A stretch of 64,000 nucleotides of DNA from Eledone cirrhosa. Lineage: Eukaryota. The stretch is taken from assembly GCA_964016885.1 (NCBI GenBank), contig OZ024761.1, positions 1,860,001 through 1,924,000 of the forward strand, given 5' to 3'. Below are positions 12,219 through 26,815 of the stretch, piece by piece. The translations under genes and the position numbers were made by a program. Under the pieces are notes generated by a model. The model did not search any database. It was not told the origin of the DNA and saw only the letters and a program-made list of their open reading frames with translations. Position 1 is the stretch's first letter. Every line of letters starts with the position of its first letter.

Positions 12219-12987
12219 CTGAAGAACAAAAACAACAACTTGAGTTTCATTACAGAACACCACCACCATACACCACCTCCACCATACTACACCACACCAC
12301 CACCACCACTACTACTACTACACAACTATACTACACCACCATACCACCACAACTACTACACCACACCACTACACCACCACCACCACCATACTATACAACA
12401 CCACCACCAACATACTACACCACCACCACCACACTACACAACTACTACTACACTACCATACTACACACCACCACCACCACTACACACCACACCACACCAC
12501 CCTTCTACGCAACACCAGCACCATACTACACCACTACACCAGACCACAACTACACCACCACACTACACCACAACTTTGCCACCACTACACCACAACTTCG
12601 CCACCACTACAGCAGACCACAACTTCGCCACCACTACACCAGCACTACACAACAGCACAACTACACTATCATCATTGTACGTCTATTTACAAACATATAA
12701 ATGCATAGATACACACGCAATATATACACATGCGCATATTTACATATATATATGTATATATATTTGTTTTGCCAGGTTTTTGATATGAAATCGTGTATAG
12801 AAACAAATAGTTATACTTGGGCAGGGTCATATTGTTATAATATTGTCAGAAATAATAATAAAACACACTCACTGTTTGGTTTGGGTTGTATATTTTATAT
12901 CCCTATAGTTAATTTAGCTGGCAATCAATGTTTATCATTTATCCTTGATTGACCAACAGTTAAAGATGTAGATATAAATATATAAAT

Positions 12988-13043
<56 letters not shown>

Positions 13044-16000
13044 TCATCGTTTATATGTATATACATATATATGTGTATATATATCATCATCATTTAATGT
13101 CTATCTTCCACGCTAGCATGGGTTAAACGGGAATTGTCCCACTTGAGGCAAGATTGATCAGGTGACCGTGTCTCGATCATATAGAACTGTATCTGGCAGG
13201 TTTTCTATGGATGGATGCCCTTCCTAATACCAACAACATTTACAGTGTGGACTGGGAGCCTTTTTACCGTGTTTCCTACATGACCACATTACAGTGTGGA
13301 CTGTATTTTTTTGTCGTGACACCAACACAACCTCTTTAGTATGGATTGGATGTTGTGGTACCAACATAACTTTACAGAGAAAGGGTGGTGTTGGTGGGAG
13401 TGGGAGGATGGAGTATAAATAGTGGGTTGGGGTGTATATTTGGTTAGGAGGGGCCTACTGACTGTAGGTTAACTTTGCACGTAGGGGAGGTGAGTCTTCT
13501 GTATTACTGCGTGGTGTCAAAGATCTCGATCCAATGACATTGTCTTAGAGTCTTAGAGAGGTGCAAGTGTGCAAGGTCGGAATTTATCAAGTAGTCACAG
13601 TTTTTTAGGGGCTCTTCCTACTCCGTAACTTCCATCAATTTTGATCGCCCTGCACTGTTTTAGACAGCTGTCGTCTTTCATGCGCATCACGTGACCATAC
13701 CAACGTAATCTTCTCTCAAGTAAACAGCATCTGATCTCTCTTATTCCTAATTTCTCACTTAGTTCGTTTATGTTTTGCCGTTCATGTATATTACTATTAC
13801 ACATCCAACGGAGCATGCATGCTTCGTTCCTTTCCAGTCAGCACAGGTCCTCTGCACACAATGCCCATGTCCCACTGCCATGTAACATTGTTGTTCGTAT
13901 ACAAGCATCAGACAATCTACCTTTCATTTTTAGAGAGAAACCTTTTGTGGCCAACAGCGGTATAAGCTCTCTGTACTTTTTCCACCCCGTTCTGACTCTG
14001 GCTACTCTACTTTCAGAGCACCTTCCACCACTGTTGATTTTGTCACCCAGGTAATGGAAAGTGTCCACTATTTCTATAGAACCATCTGTGCAATAGAAGG
14101 AGCTGTATCCTGTGGGCACTTGCTACTTATTGCACCTGAGCATCGGCCACATATAAAATCTACATTCTTAGATAGCTTGACTGTGATTTTTTATGTACCT
14201 ATACTTTGCATTTGGGACATAGAATGGAATTTATACCTACTCCTTTCCTACACACTGAGCATGGCCATTTCCCAGAAGGGACCTGTGCCCTATTTACCTT
14301 TATACATACCAGAACTTTAGTCTTAGACAAGTTAACTTTAAGGCCTTTTGATTCTAGGCCATGCTTCCATGTTTGGAATTTCTTCTCTCTCTCTCTCTCT
14401 CTCTTTCTATATATATACACACACACATATATATTTACTATAAATAGTTGCTGAAATGCTGAAAGCATCTGGAACGGTGGGACACACTATGGTCACCCGG
14501 ATAGTAAACCAAGTCATATAGAATGGGGCCATTCCGAAGGACTGGCGTAGCAGCATCATCATTAACTGCTACAAGGGTAAAGGAGATGCTCTTGATAGGG
14601 GTAACTATAGAGGCATTAAATTAATCGACCAGGTCATGAAGGTCACGGAAAAAGTAATAGCGCAACTAATCAGAGAACTAATTGATCTAGATGAAATGCA
14701 GTTCGGGTTTGTGTCAGGTAAAAGTAGCAGAGACGCTCTTTTCATTGTACGACAACTACAGGAGAAGTACCTAGCTAAAAGTAAACCCCTATACTTAGCT
14801 TTTGTTGACTTGGAGAAAGCCTTTGACAGAGTCCCCTGCTCCATTATCTGGTGGGCCCTTAGAAAACTAGGTGTTGATGAATGGCTTGTGAGAGCTATAC
14901 AAGCCATGTATAAAGAAACAGTCAGCAAGGTTAGAATTAACAACGAATATAGTGAAGAGTTTAGCGTAAAAGTTGGTGTTCATCAGGGCTCCGTTCTTAG
15001 CCCCCTACTATTTATTATTGGCCTTCAGAAGAGTTCAAGACCGGCTGCCCATGGGAACTCCTATATGCAGATGATCTAACGCTCATAGCTCAATCAATGG
15101 CTGAACTAGAGAAGAAATTCCAAACATGGAAGCATGGCCTAGAATCAAAAGGCCTTAAAGTTAACTTGTCTAAGACTAAAGTTCTAGTTTGTAGGAAGGA
15201 AAATAGGGCACCGGTCCCATCTGGGAAATGGCCATGCTCAGTGTGTAGGAAAGGAGTAGGCAGAAACTTCATTTTATGTCCCAAATGCAAAGTATGGGTG
15301 CATAAAAGATGTAGTGGGATCACAGGTAAGCTAACTAAGAACATAGATTTTATATGTGGCCGGTGCTCAGGTGCAATAAGTAGCCGCAAGTGCCCACAGA
15401 ATACTAGCTCATTCCATTGCACAGATGGTTCTATAGAAATAGTGGACACCTTCAGTTACCTGGGTGACTAATCAGCAGTATGGAGGGGGGGTTGGGTTGC
15501 TCTGAGAGTACAGTAGCTAGAGTCAGAACGGGATCGAAAAAGTTCAGAGAGCTTATACCACTAATGGCCGCTAAAGGGTTCTCTCTAAAAATGAAAGGCA
15601 GGCTGTATGATGCCTGCATACGAACAGCAATGTTACATGGCAGTGAGACCTGGGCATTGTGTGCAGTGGATATACGCAGACTGGAGAGAAACGAAGCTTG
15701 CATGTTCCGCTGGATGTGTAATAGTAATATACGTGAACGGCAAAGCATAAACGAACTAAGGGAGAAATTAGGAATAAGAGGGATCAGATGTTGTTTACTC
15801 GAGAGAAGACTACGTTGGTACGGTCACGTGATGCGCATGAAAGACGACAGCTGTATAAAAAAGTGCAGAGCGATAAAAATAAACGGTAGCCACGGAGAAG
15901 GCAGACCCAGAAAAACCTGGGACGACTTGATAAATTCCGACCTCACACATTTACACCTCTCCAAGACAATGTCACTGGACCGAGATCTTTGGCGCTACAA

Positions 16001-16399
16001 AGTCATACAGAAGACCCGCCTTGCCTAAGTACAAAGCGAAACTTACAGTCAGTAGGCACCTCTAACAAAATACACCCCTGTCCCACTACCCCCACATCAC
16101 CCCCTTCAATGTGAAGTTATGTTGGTACCACAACATCCAGTCCGAAACAAATGAGGTCGTGTAGGTGTCACAACAAAAAAAACACACAGTCCATGCTGTA
16201 ATGTGGCCGTGTAGGTAACATGGTAAAAACCTCCCAGTCCACACTGTAAACGTGGTTGGTGTTAGGAAGGGCATCTAGCCGTAGAAAACCTGCCAGACAG
16301 TCCTATACGAGCAGGACAACAAATCTTGCCTCAAGTGGGAAAACTCCCATCCAAACCCATGCAAGTGTGGAAGATGGACGTTAAACGATGATGATGATG

Positions 16400-16431
<32 letters not shown>

Positions 16432-19400
16432 TGTCTCTCAGAGTTCTTTTGCCCCACACCTGTGACATCATCAGTGATTCTATTATCTTTCCTCCCATTG
16501 TACTGTAATGTCTGTTCTATATTTTATTAATTTATTTATTTATTGTTATCTCTCTTTGCGCATGCTTTTGTGTGCACATTTTCTGTTTGGTGTGTGTTCA
16601 TGTGTTCGTGTCTGGGTCTGTGTGTTTGTATTCTATGGTCACTAGGGTGTGTTTGTGTGGTTGTTATTGTACCTTTGTATATTTATTGATATTCATCTTA
16701 AGTCACTAAGATGTATATATATATAGGGGTCCCTAAGCCTATCATGAAAAGAAATGTGAAATGAAGCAAATTGCTCAAGAACACAACACGACACCCAATC
16801 CAGATTTTCCTATCAATGTTTCACCAATCTGAACATCGTTTGATAATCACCAACATAGTGTCCCCGAATTGCTTGACAGATTTTATGGGCAAAACCAACC
16901 AACAGGAGACATAAAATATGTGATTATAATGCAGTACTTCACTATTATCTTTGGTAAGATGAGAGCAGGTCTATGCACATTACAATCCTCAGTTCATCAG
17001 GAGTTTAAAAGTAAGTTATTATTTAGCTGTAAGCTAAATGTTTTTGAAATTGTTTTCTTCTTGAAATGTTGTGAAATTGTTAAGCCTTATTTATTCTTTG
17101 GATTATAGGTAACATGTATGGTGCAGTTAATTAATTATTTTTAGTTGTTCTGCAAATACATGTACCATTATAACCACAGTGAAACGGTCATAGAAATAAA
17201 TGAATGGATGTAAATTGGTAACCTAAATGTTTTTCTAATATTGAATATATTGCTTAGTGGTTAGAGCATTGGCCTTGCAATCGAAAGGTTGTGAGTTCAA
17301 TTCTCAGATCGGGTGATGTGTTGTTTCCTTGAGCAAGACACTTTATTTCACATTGCTCCAGTTTACTCAGCTGTAGAAATGAGATGATAGGACTGGGGTC
17401 CCTATCATTCCACTGTAAAGTGGTCGTGGAGGTGCCATGGCAAAAAAGCACCCAGCACGCACTGTAAATGAGGTTGGTGTTAGGAAGGGCATCCAGCTGT
17501 AGAAATCAAGCCAGAATCAGTTCCCGTCCCACCCTTGCAAGCAGGGAAAAGCGGACGTAAAATGAAATGATGATGATGAATGATACAATATACAGGGTGT
17601 CCATAAAGTCCCTTTACAATTTAAAAAATATATTACAAAGGCAATTGATGAGATATCTTAATCAGATTTGTTCTATGTCCTCTACTGGTATCCTGTTGAT
17701 GAAAGAGGTACTGTTAAATGAAGCCCTAAAAAATGGCTACTCCTCAAGAAAAGGCACAATGTGTCATGGTTTATTGAAACAAAATCGGATACGCAGACTC
17801 AGTGAAACTACAGAACTAAGTATGGAAGAGATCCACCGTCACGTCCATCAATTCGTGTATGGCACAAGAAATTTCTGGAGACAGGGACAGTGTTGGATAA
17901 AGGGAGGAGTGGATGACCAAGAACATCTGAGGAAAACATCTATCGTGTAAGACAAACCTTTCAGCATTCTCCTACAAAGTCCATCCTTACTGCTGCCAGA
18001 CAGTTACAGCTGCCATGTTCAACAGTACAAAAACTCCTACACAAGAAATTGCGATAGGACACTAACAAAGTGCAACTGTTACAGGCACTCGGGCCCAATG
18101 ATAAACCAAGACAAAAAGAGTTTGCAGTTGACAGGTTGGAACAAATTTCTAAGGATGTTTTAGTGATGAGGCAACCTTTCATGTTTCAGGAAAACTGAAC
18201 ACATAATGTGAGAATCTGGGGATCAGAACACCATGTGACTAGGGAACTTCACCGAGATAGTCCAAAGGTGAATGTGTGGTGTGGGATTATGTGCAATCGA
18301 ATCATTGGTCCATTTTTCTTCAACGAGACATCAATTACTGCAAATGTTTACCTTGACCTTTTGAGTGAATATGTGGCACCACAACTAGATGACCTTCAAC
18401 CAACCATCATTTTCCAGCAAGATGCTGCACCACCACATTGGGGACTGCATGTTCGTGGGTTCCTAAATCAAACATTTCCAGACTGGTGGATTGGAAGGGA
18501 TGGCCCAATTCCCTGACCACCTCGTTCACCAGATATCACTCCTTTGGACTTCTATGGGGTTATGTTGAAGATATTGTGTATCGAACAAAGATACGAGACA
18601 TCACTGATCTAAATCAAAAGATCACTGATGCTATTGCCACCATTGATGTGGCTATGCTACAGCAAATATGGCAAGAAATCTAGTACTGCCTTGATGTCCT
18701 TCCTACAACTAATGGATGTATATTAAATTTGTTAAAAACAAACTTCAATATCTACTCCTCATTTTGTAACAATTTTCACATATTTGTCTTTTCATTTGCT
18801 TTTGTCACAATTTTTTTTATTAAAGAAACTTTATGTATATATACATATATATAAAAGTACTCCACATATAGCAATTCACAGCATGATACTCACCACAGTC
18901 AGTAGGGCTCCATTTTCAAATTTGGGTTTGAAACAAATAAACTGAGCAGAATCACCTTCTTCACCTTTGACCCAGCCACTGTAATGGAAGGAAAAGAGTT
19001 TCAATCTGTCTCAAACTCAGAGGCTGAAGGTGACCTCATTTTCATTGGTGTTAAACTTTCATTCTCATTCCCCACTGGACAGGATGTCAGTCTATCATAG
19101 GTTTAACACCTGAAAGTCTGCTGGTAATGTTAGTGTTAAAAGTTTAAGTCTGTCTCAAGCTCAGAGGCTCACCAGACCGGAGCTTATCCCAGTTTCATTG
19201 GTGTTAAGCAACTGAGAGCACTACATTTCCATCTTACGTCTGTCTCAAGCTCAGAGGCTCATCCCAAATTCATTGGTGTTAACCCTTTAGCATTCAAACC
19301 GACAAAAACCGACAAGATTATGTCCTCTTTCATATATTCAAACCGACAAAAACCGACATTTAATAACACACGGAGATCTCCTAAAAATAAACATTGACAT

Positions 19401-22400
19401 CATCGAAATCTCATCAATTCGAGATTACTGCAATATAAAGCCCTTACGCACGAAAATTAACTCTTAGTATAGTTAAAGAACTTGCGAAAACACGTGTTTT
19501 TAACGTTGAAAGTGTAACATGGCTTCCGAAAGTAGCGACAACGAATTTGAAGGTTTTACGTCCGACGACATTCGAGATAAAAAAGAAACAGAAGATAATA
19601 TCAGTGATTTATCTTCAAACGAATCAGATATATTTATTTCTGATATATCTCATAGTCACTTTGAAAGTGAAAGAGAAGATTTGACTGACACCATTGAAAA
19701 AACACCAACGTGGTTGAAAGAAACAACATCGATACATGTTTCGGATTTTACTGAAAATATTGGACCACAACACACATTACCACCCGATGCTAAAGCACTG
19801 GATTATTATTTTTTATTTTTACCACAAACTTTCTTTGAAGTTGTGGCAAATCGCTATGCACAACGACAAATTTCTAATATCGGAAAACCCGATCTGCTAT
19901 GGCGTCCAACAGATTCTGCCAAAATGAAAGCGTTTTTTACCATAAATATTATGTTTGGTATTAAACAATTTCCACGACTGTGGAATTATTGGAGTACTGA
20001 TATAAGGTTTGGTGACCCTTATATATCTAGTATTATGGCAAAAACCTGGTTGATACTTCAAATGTATCCTGGTAGAAATGAATCAAATTACGACCCACTG
20101 TACACGACCATTAATTGAAATGTCAGAAAAATTTAAAAGTGTGTATAAACTTATATATTGGGAACTTTCTGTTACGTAATTTTACACCGTACATTTACAG
20201 AGTGCATTGCCAATATTATTTTGACTGGTGAAAAGGTTTTATACACTTTTTTCAATGAAAATATTTGCCTGGAATGTAGAGAAAGACCTTGTACTGATTA
20301 CACCTGCATTTTTAATTAATTCACCTGTTCGGAAAACTGCTAGAATTGATGGAAATCAGCATCTAGATCATTATTGGATTTTTTTGCAACAAATCTAACA
20401 GATAAGGCAGATAAAGTTTAAATGTTTGTGTTTATCCATAAAGTTATTACTTTTACACCTGTTAATTAATTTCACCTGCCCATAAAAGTCAAATTTAACA
20501 AAAAAAATCAGGTAAAAATATATAATTGTAAATTATAGTTATTTAAACATCTACTGACAAAATTTCAAGTCTGCACATAGAAAATTAAAGTAATTACAAA
20601 CAAATAAAATTGATAACCCTCTTGAGTATAATTAAGTGAAAATAATGCGAATAAATGAACATGACATTTGACAATTCAATGTGAATGCTAAAGGGTTAAG
20701 TGACAGAGAATACAAGACAGATGCCAGTTGATCCCAGGTTTAATTTCCAACTAAAACCTTGCAGGCTTCTTTATAGATTTCATACTTATGATGAGGTCCT
20801 TTTTGAAGCTATGTTATACAGCCACATGCCCTTCCTGACACCAACCCTTTTAGTCACCTCTTACAACATGCATAGAAACATCGTACCTCTTCTAAACAAG
20901 ACAATATGATAATAGGTACAAACATCATAAAATGGGAGACCATTCTCAGGTTGGTTGATATCACAAAGGATTAAAACAATCCACTTACCATGGTGTGGCT
21001 TTCAGAGATGGATTCATTGTCATACGGAATATTGCTATCAAGTTTTTCTTACAGCCAAACGACTCTGAAATACAAGCAACTTTAATTAGAGATCAGCATA
21101 GTTCATAATTCGCTCTTCACGTTAACAAAGTATTTGGTCCTACTACCAGTTAATGTTTGCCATTAGCTCTTCACGTTAACAAAGTATTTGGTCCTACTAC
21201 CAGTTAATGTTTGCCATTAGCTCTTCACGTTGACAAAGTATTTGGTCCTACTACCAGTTAATGTTTGCCATTAGCTCTTCACGTTGACAAAGTATTTGGT
21301 CCTACTACCAGTTAATGTTTGCTCTCTCCAACTCTCTTCAACATCTTCTTAGAGAGAATTATGACAGACACATTGGAAGACCACAAAGGGACAATCAGCA
21401 TTGGAAGCAGGACTGTTGTGAACTTAGGTTTTGCTGACAATATAGATGGTCTAGCAGGGAAGGGAGGAGGAGTTAGCCAACCTAGTGGAATGTCTTGACA
21501 AGACTTCTACCACCTACGACAAACAGATCAGTGCAGAAAAGACCAAAGTGAAGACCAACAACACCAACGGCATCATCACTGACATCAGGGTCAACGGCGA
21601 GAAACTAGAGTGTGTCGACAGTTTCAAATACTTGGGGGCAATCATTTCAGATGAAGGATCTAAACCGGAAGTACTTGCCAGATCTGCTCAGATCACAGCA
21701 GCACTTACAAAACTTAAGACTATCTGGAATGACAAAAATATAGACCTCAGCTCAAAGATCAGACTGTGGTCTCTGGTCATGTCCGTATTCTTGTATACCT
21801 GTGAGTCTTGGACAATAACAGATCTGGAGAGAAGAATACAGTCTATGGAGATGAGATACTTCAGAAAGCTCCTTGGCATCACCTACAGAGACCGCATCTC
21901 CATTGAGGAGGTGCTAAACAGAATTTGGCATGCCATCGGCCCCTATGAAAACCTACTGTAAAAAATGCAAATTGAGATGGTATTGGCACATGACAAGATC
22001 TTCAGAGCTTACCAAGACTGTTCTGCAGGGAACAGTACAAAGAGGGAGAAAGAGAGGCAGATAGAAAAACAACATGCAATAAAAATACTAGTAATAATAA
22101 TAATATTCAGTGAGGCAAAATTTTGAGAAGTTACCTTTGAACAGCAGAGCTAAGCGTGATCCAGAAGGGTCCCAAACCATGCTTTGTACACAACCACCAA
22201 TCCTGAAATAAGACAATAGGAAAATTACATGGTCAAACAACTTGTACGGTGACTCCAGAGGACAATTGGGGGTAGTGAAGAGAGTACAGTCAAATATATT
22301 GATCAGACTTTGTTTTATTGAGTTCAGGAAAGATTAAAAGGTAAATTTCACTCCAGCATGATTTGAACTCGGAACACAGAGAACAAGAACATGTACCAAA

Positions 22401-25400
22401 AGAAAAAACAACATTTTAGCCAATGCTCAAAAAAATTCTTTCAATTATTATTTATCCTCATCATCATCTGAAGTCGATGGAAGCCGCGGAGTAGGAAGAC
22501 CCAAGACCTGGGATGAGGTGATAAAAGCCGACCTTACCCAATTGCACCTCTCAAAGGCAATGACACACGACCGTGACCTCTGGCTTCACCCAGCCCACAC
22601 TGTAAAGTGGACATGTAGGTGCCACGGAAATAAAGCACCCAACACTCACTGTATATGAGGTTGGTGTTAGGAAGGGCATCCAGCTGTAGAAATCAAGCCA
22701 GAATTAGTTCCTGTATGAGCAAGACAAGGTTAGCCTACCCGACAGTGCCCACAAAAGAACGGATGGAAAATGGTGATGATGATGATATAAGTTTAATTAA
22801 TTATATTATGTACAGTGCCTAGCCCTCACTGTAATGTGATCATGTAAGTGTAATGACACCCAGTACACACTGTCAATGTGGTTGGCATCAGGAAAGGCAT
22901 TCAGCATTAGAAACCAAGCCAAAGGTAGTTCTGAGTGAGCAAAACACAGTCCTCTGACCTGGCTTGTCTCACAACGGGACAGCTTGTCTAACCCATATGG
23001 AAAATTAACATTAAACAATGATATATATATATATCCTCCAGCCCACCCTAGACAGTGATATATCACACACACTACTGATATAACACACCCACTAATGATA
23101 TAACACACACTAGTGATATAACACATACAATACTGATAAAACACACCCACTAATGATATAACACACACTTGTGATATAACACATACAATACTGATATAAC
23201 ACATACAATACTGATAAAACACACACACTAGTGATATAACACATACAATACTGATAAAACACACACACTTGTGATATAACACACACTAGTGATATAACAC
23301 ACACTAGTGATATAACACATACAATACTGATAAAACACACACACTAGTGATATAACACAAACACACTAGTGATATAACACACACACTAGTGATATAACAC
23401 ACTAGTGATATAACAAACAGACACTAGTGATATATCACACACACTAGTGATATAACACACACACTAGTGATATAACACACACTGGTGATATAACATATAC
23501 ACTAGTAATATAACACACACACACTAGTGATATAACACACGCACTAGTGATATAACACACACACTAGTGATATAACACACACTAGTGATATAACACACAC
23601 TAGTGATATAACACATACACTACTGTTATAACACACACACTACTGTTATAACACACACACTGGTGATGTAACACACATACTAGTGATCTAACACACACAA
23701 AAGTCATAACACACACACTAGTGATATAACACACTACTGATACAACACACACTACTGATACAACACACACACTAGTTATATAACACACACTAGTGATATA
23801 ACACACACTAGTGATATAACACACACACTGGTGATATAACACACACACTAGTGATATAATACACACACTAATGATATAACACACACTAGTGATATAAACC
23901 ATACACTACTGATATAACACACACACTAGTGATATAACACACTTTTGATATAACACACACACTACTGATATAACACACTAGTGATATATCACACACACTA
24001 ATGATATAACACACACTAGTGATATAACACACAAACACTAGTGATATAACACACAAACACTAGTGATATAACACACACACTAGTGATATAACACACACAC
24101 TACTGATATAACACACACACTAGTGATATAACACACACACTACTGATATAACACACATACTAGTGATATAACACACACACTAGTGATAGAACACACTCAC
24201 TAGTGATATAACACACATACTAGTGATATAAGACACACACTAGTGATGTAACACACATACTAGTGATCTAACACACACAAAAGTCATAACACACACACTA
24301 GTGATATAACACACACTACTGATACAACACACACTAGTGATATAACACACACACTAGTTATATAACACACTCACTAGTGATATAACACACAGTAGTGATA
24401 TAACACACACAGTAGTGATATAACACACACTAGTGTTACAACACATACACTACTGATATAAAACACTAGTGATAACACACAGACTAGTGACATAACACAC
24501 ACACTACTCATATAACACACTAGTGATATAACACACACTACTGATATAAAACACACACTAGTGATATAACACACACACTGGTGATATAACACACACACTA
24601 GTGATATAACACACACAGTAGTGATATAACACACACACTAGTGATATAACACACACTAGTGATATAACACACACACTAGTGATATAACACACACAAAAGT
24701 GATATAACACACCAGTGATATAACACACACACTAGTGATATAACACACACTACTGATATAACACACACAGTAGTAATATAACACACAGTAGTAATATAAC
24801 ACACACTACTGATATAACACACACACTGGTGATATATCAGACACACTAGTGATATAACACACACACTAGTGATATAACACACACTAGTGATATAACACAC
24901 ACACAATAGAGGTGTCATCCTAAAACCAGGAAATAAAATGAAAAAAGAAATATTTATTGTTTAAAATGAAACATGGGATATACTTACTTGATGTCTTCAT
25001 CGAGGGAAGAAGGTAAACTGACCAGAGAGAGGTCAAGAAAAACTTCTGCCTTTCGGTTGCCTCCCACTGTAGCAGACTCTCGGTTGGTGCTAAATGTCAC
25101 AGAATATACCAGTGGTTCTGTGTCAGTGGCAAACAGTAAAACGCTACCATCACGGCTCCAGCAGGCCGTCTACAAGAAAACCATTATTATTATTAAAAAA
25201 TACGCAGTGGATTGGCAGAATCGGTAGAGGGTTGCATGCCACGTTTTGCAGCATAGAGTTACGGCACTTTACGGTCTGAGTTCAAATCCTGCCGAGGTTA
25301 ACTTTTTTCTTTCATTCTTACAGGGTAGATGAAATAATCCACCAGTAATACACTAGAGAAATTGCTGGCCTTATGCCAAATGTAGGAACAATTATTTTAA

Positions 25401-26784
25401 AAAAAATAGTCGTTTTGGAAGCCTCTAGAATGCAGATGAGTAAAGAGAAATGCAAAGAGAAATGTAGGAAGAAAGATAAAGATCTCCTTGGATCTCCCCA
25501 CCCCAAGGATTCCATCGACCTTTAGTGCCCTGCACCTTTTTATGCAGCTGTCATCCTTCATACACATCACATGTCCATACCAACGTAATTTCCTCTCCTG
25601 CACACAGCATTTGATTCCTCTGATGCTCAGTCTCTCTCTCAATTCGTTTATGATCTGTTGTTCGTGTATATTACTATTACACATCCATTGGAGCAGGCAT
25701 GCTTCATTTCTTTCCAATCTACGTAAATCTTCTGCACACAACGCCCAGGTCTCACTACAATGTAACATTGCTGTTCGCATGCATCATACAGTCTGCTTTT
25801 CATTCTGAGGGAAAAGCCTTTAGCAGCTAGCAGTGGCAGTAGCTCCCTGAACTTCTTCCATCGTGTTCTTACCTGGTTACTATACTTTAAGAACACCTAC
25901 CTCTGCTGCTAATTCGGTCACCTAGGTAGCAGAAGCTGTCTACTGTTTCTACAGAGCCCTCCCAAAATTTGGTAGCACTTGTTTCTTGTGGTCATTTGCT
26001 ACTTACTGTCTCGGTGCAACTGTTACATGTAAAGCCTACATTCTTAGCTAAACTTCCTGAGATCCCACTACATCTCTTGTTTGCATTTGGAGCAGAGGAT
26101 GGAATTTCTACCTACACCTTTTCTACAAACTGAGCAAGGCCATTTCTCTGAGGGGATCTGGGTTCTGTTTTCTCGTCTACTTACGAGGACCTTGGTCTTT
26201 GTCAGGTTGACTTTGAGACCCCCTTCTTTCTAGGCCCTGCTTCCATGTTTTTAGTTTCTTCTTCAGTTCCACCATAGACGCAGGTATAAGTGGGAGATGA
26301 TCCACATACAGGAGTTTATACATATATATAAATATATATACACGTATACATATGTATATATATACACACACATATATGAATATATATTTATATATATACA
26401 TACACACACATATGAATATATATATATGGAGGCACATGGCTGAGTGGTTAGAGCATTAGCCTTGCAATCAAGAGGTTGTGAGTTCAATTCTCAGATCGGG
26501 TGATGTGTTGTTTCCTTGAGCAAGACACTTTATTTCACATTGCTCCAGTTTACTCAGCTGTAGAAATGAGATGATAGGGACTGGGGTCCTTATTCCACTG
26601 CAAAGTGGTCGTGGAGGTGCCACGGCAAAAAAGCACCCAGCATTCACTGTAAATGAGGTTGGTGTTAGGAAGGGCATCCAGTTGTAGAAATCAAGCCAGA
26701 ATCAGTTCTCGTCCCACCCTTGCAAGCAGGGAAAATGAAATGATGAATGATGATATATATATATATATACACACACATATATGA

Positions 26785-26815
<31 letters not shown>

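Noticed and set aside
11078-12788. His/Thr/Tyr-rich extensin-like ORFs
   Set aside because: Simple repeats; the only real coding part is the AAAS exon at 12069-12218
16430-16480. CUGAUGA on the minus strand
   Set aside because: No downstream stem II or GAAA; too short for a C/D snoRNA
21112-21322. CRISPR-like regular repeats (also 5596-5724)
   Set aside because: Head-to-tail near-identical units with no unique spacers, no cas genes, eukaryotic context
22806-24918. Cys/Val/Tyr-rich ORFs
   Set aside because: Translations of the TAGTGATATAACAC minisatellite
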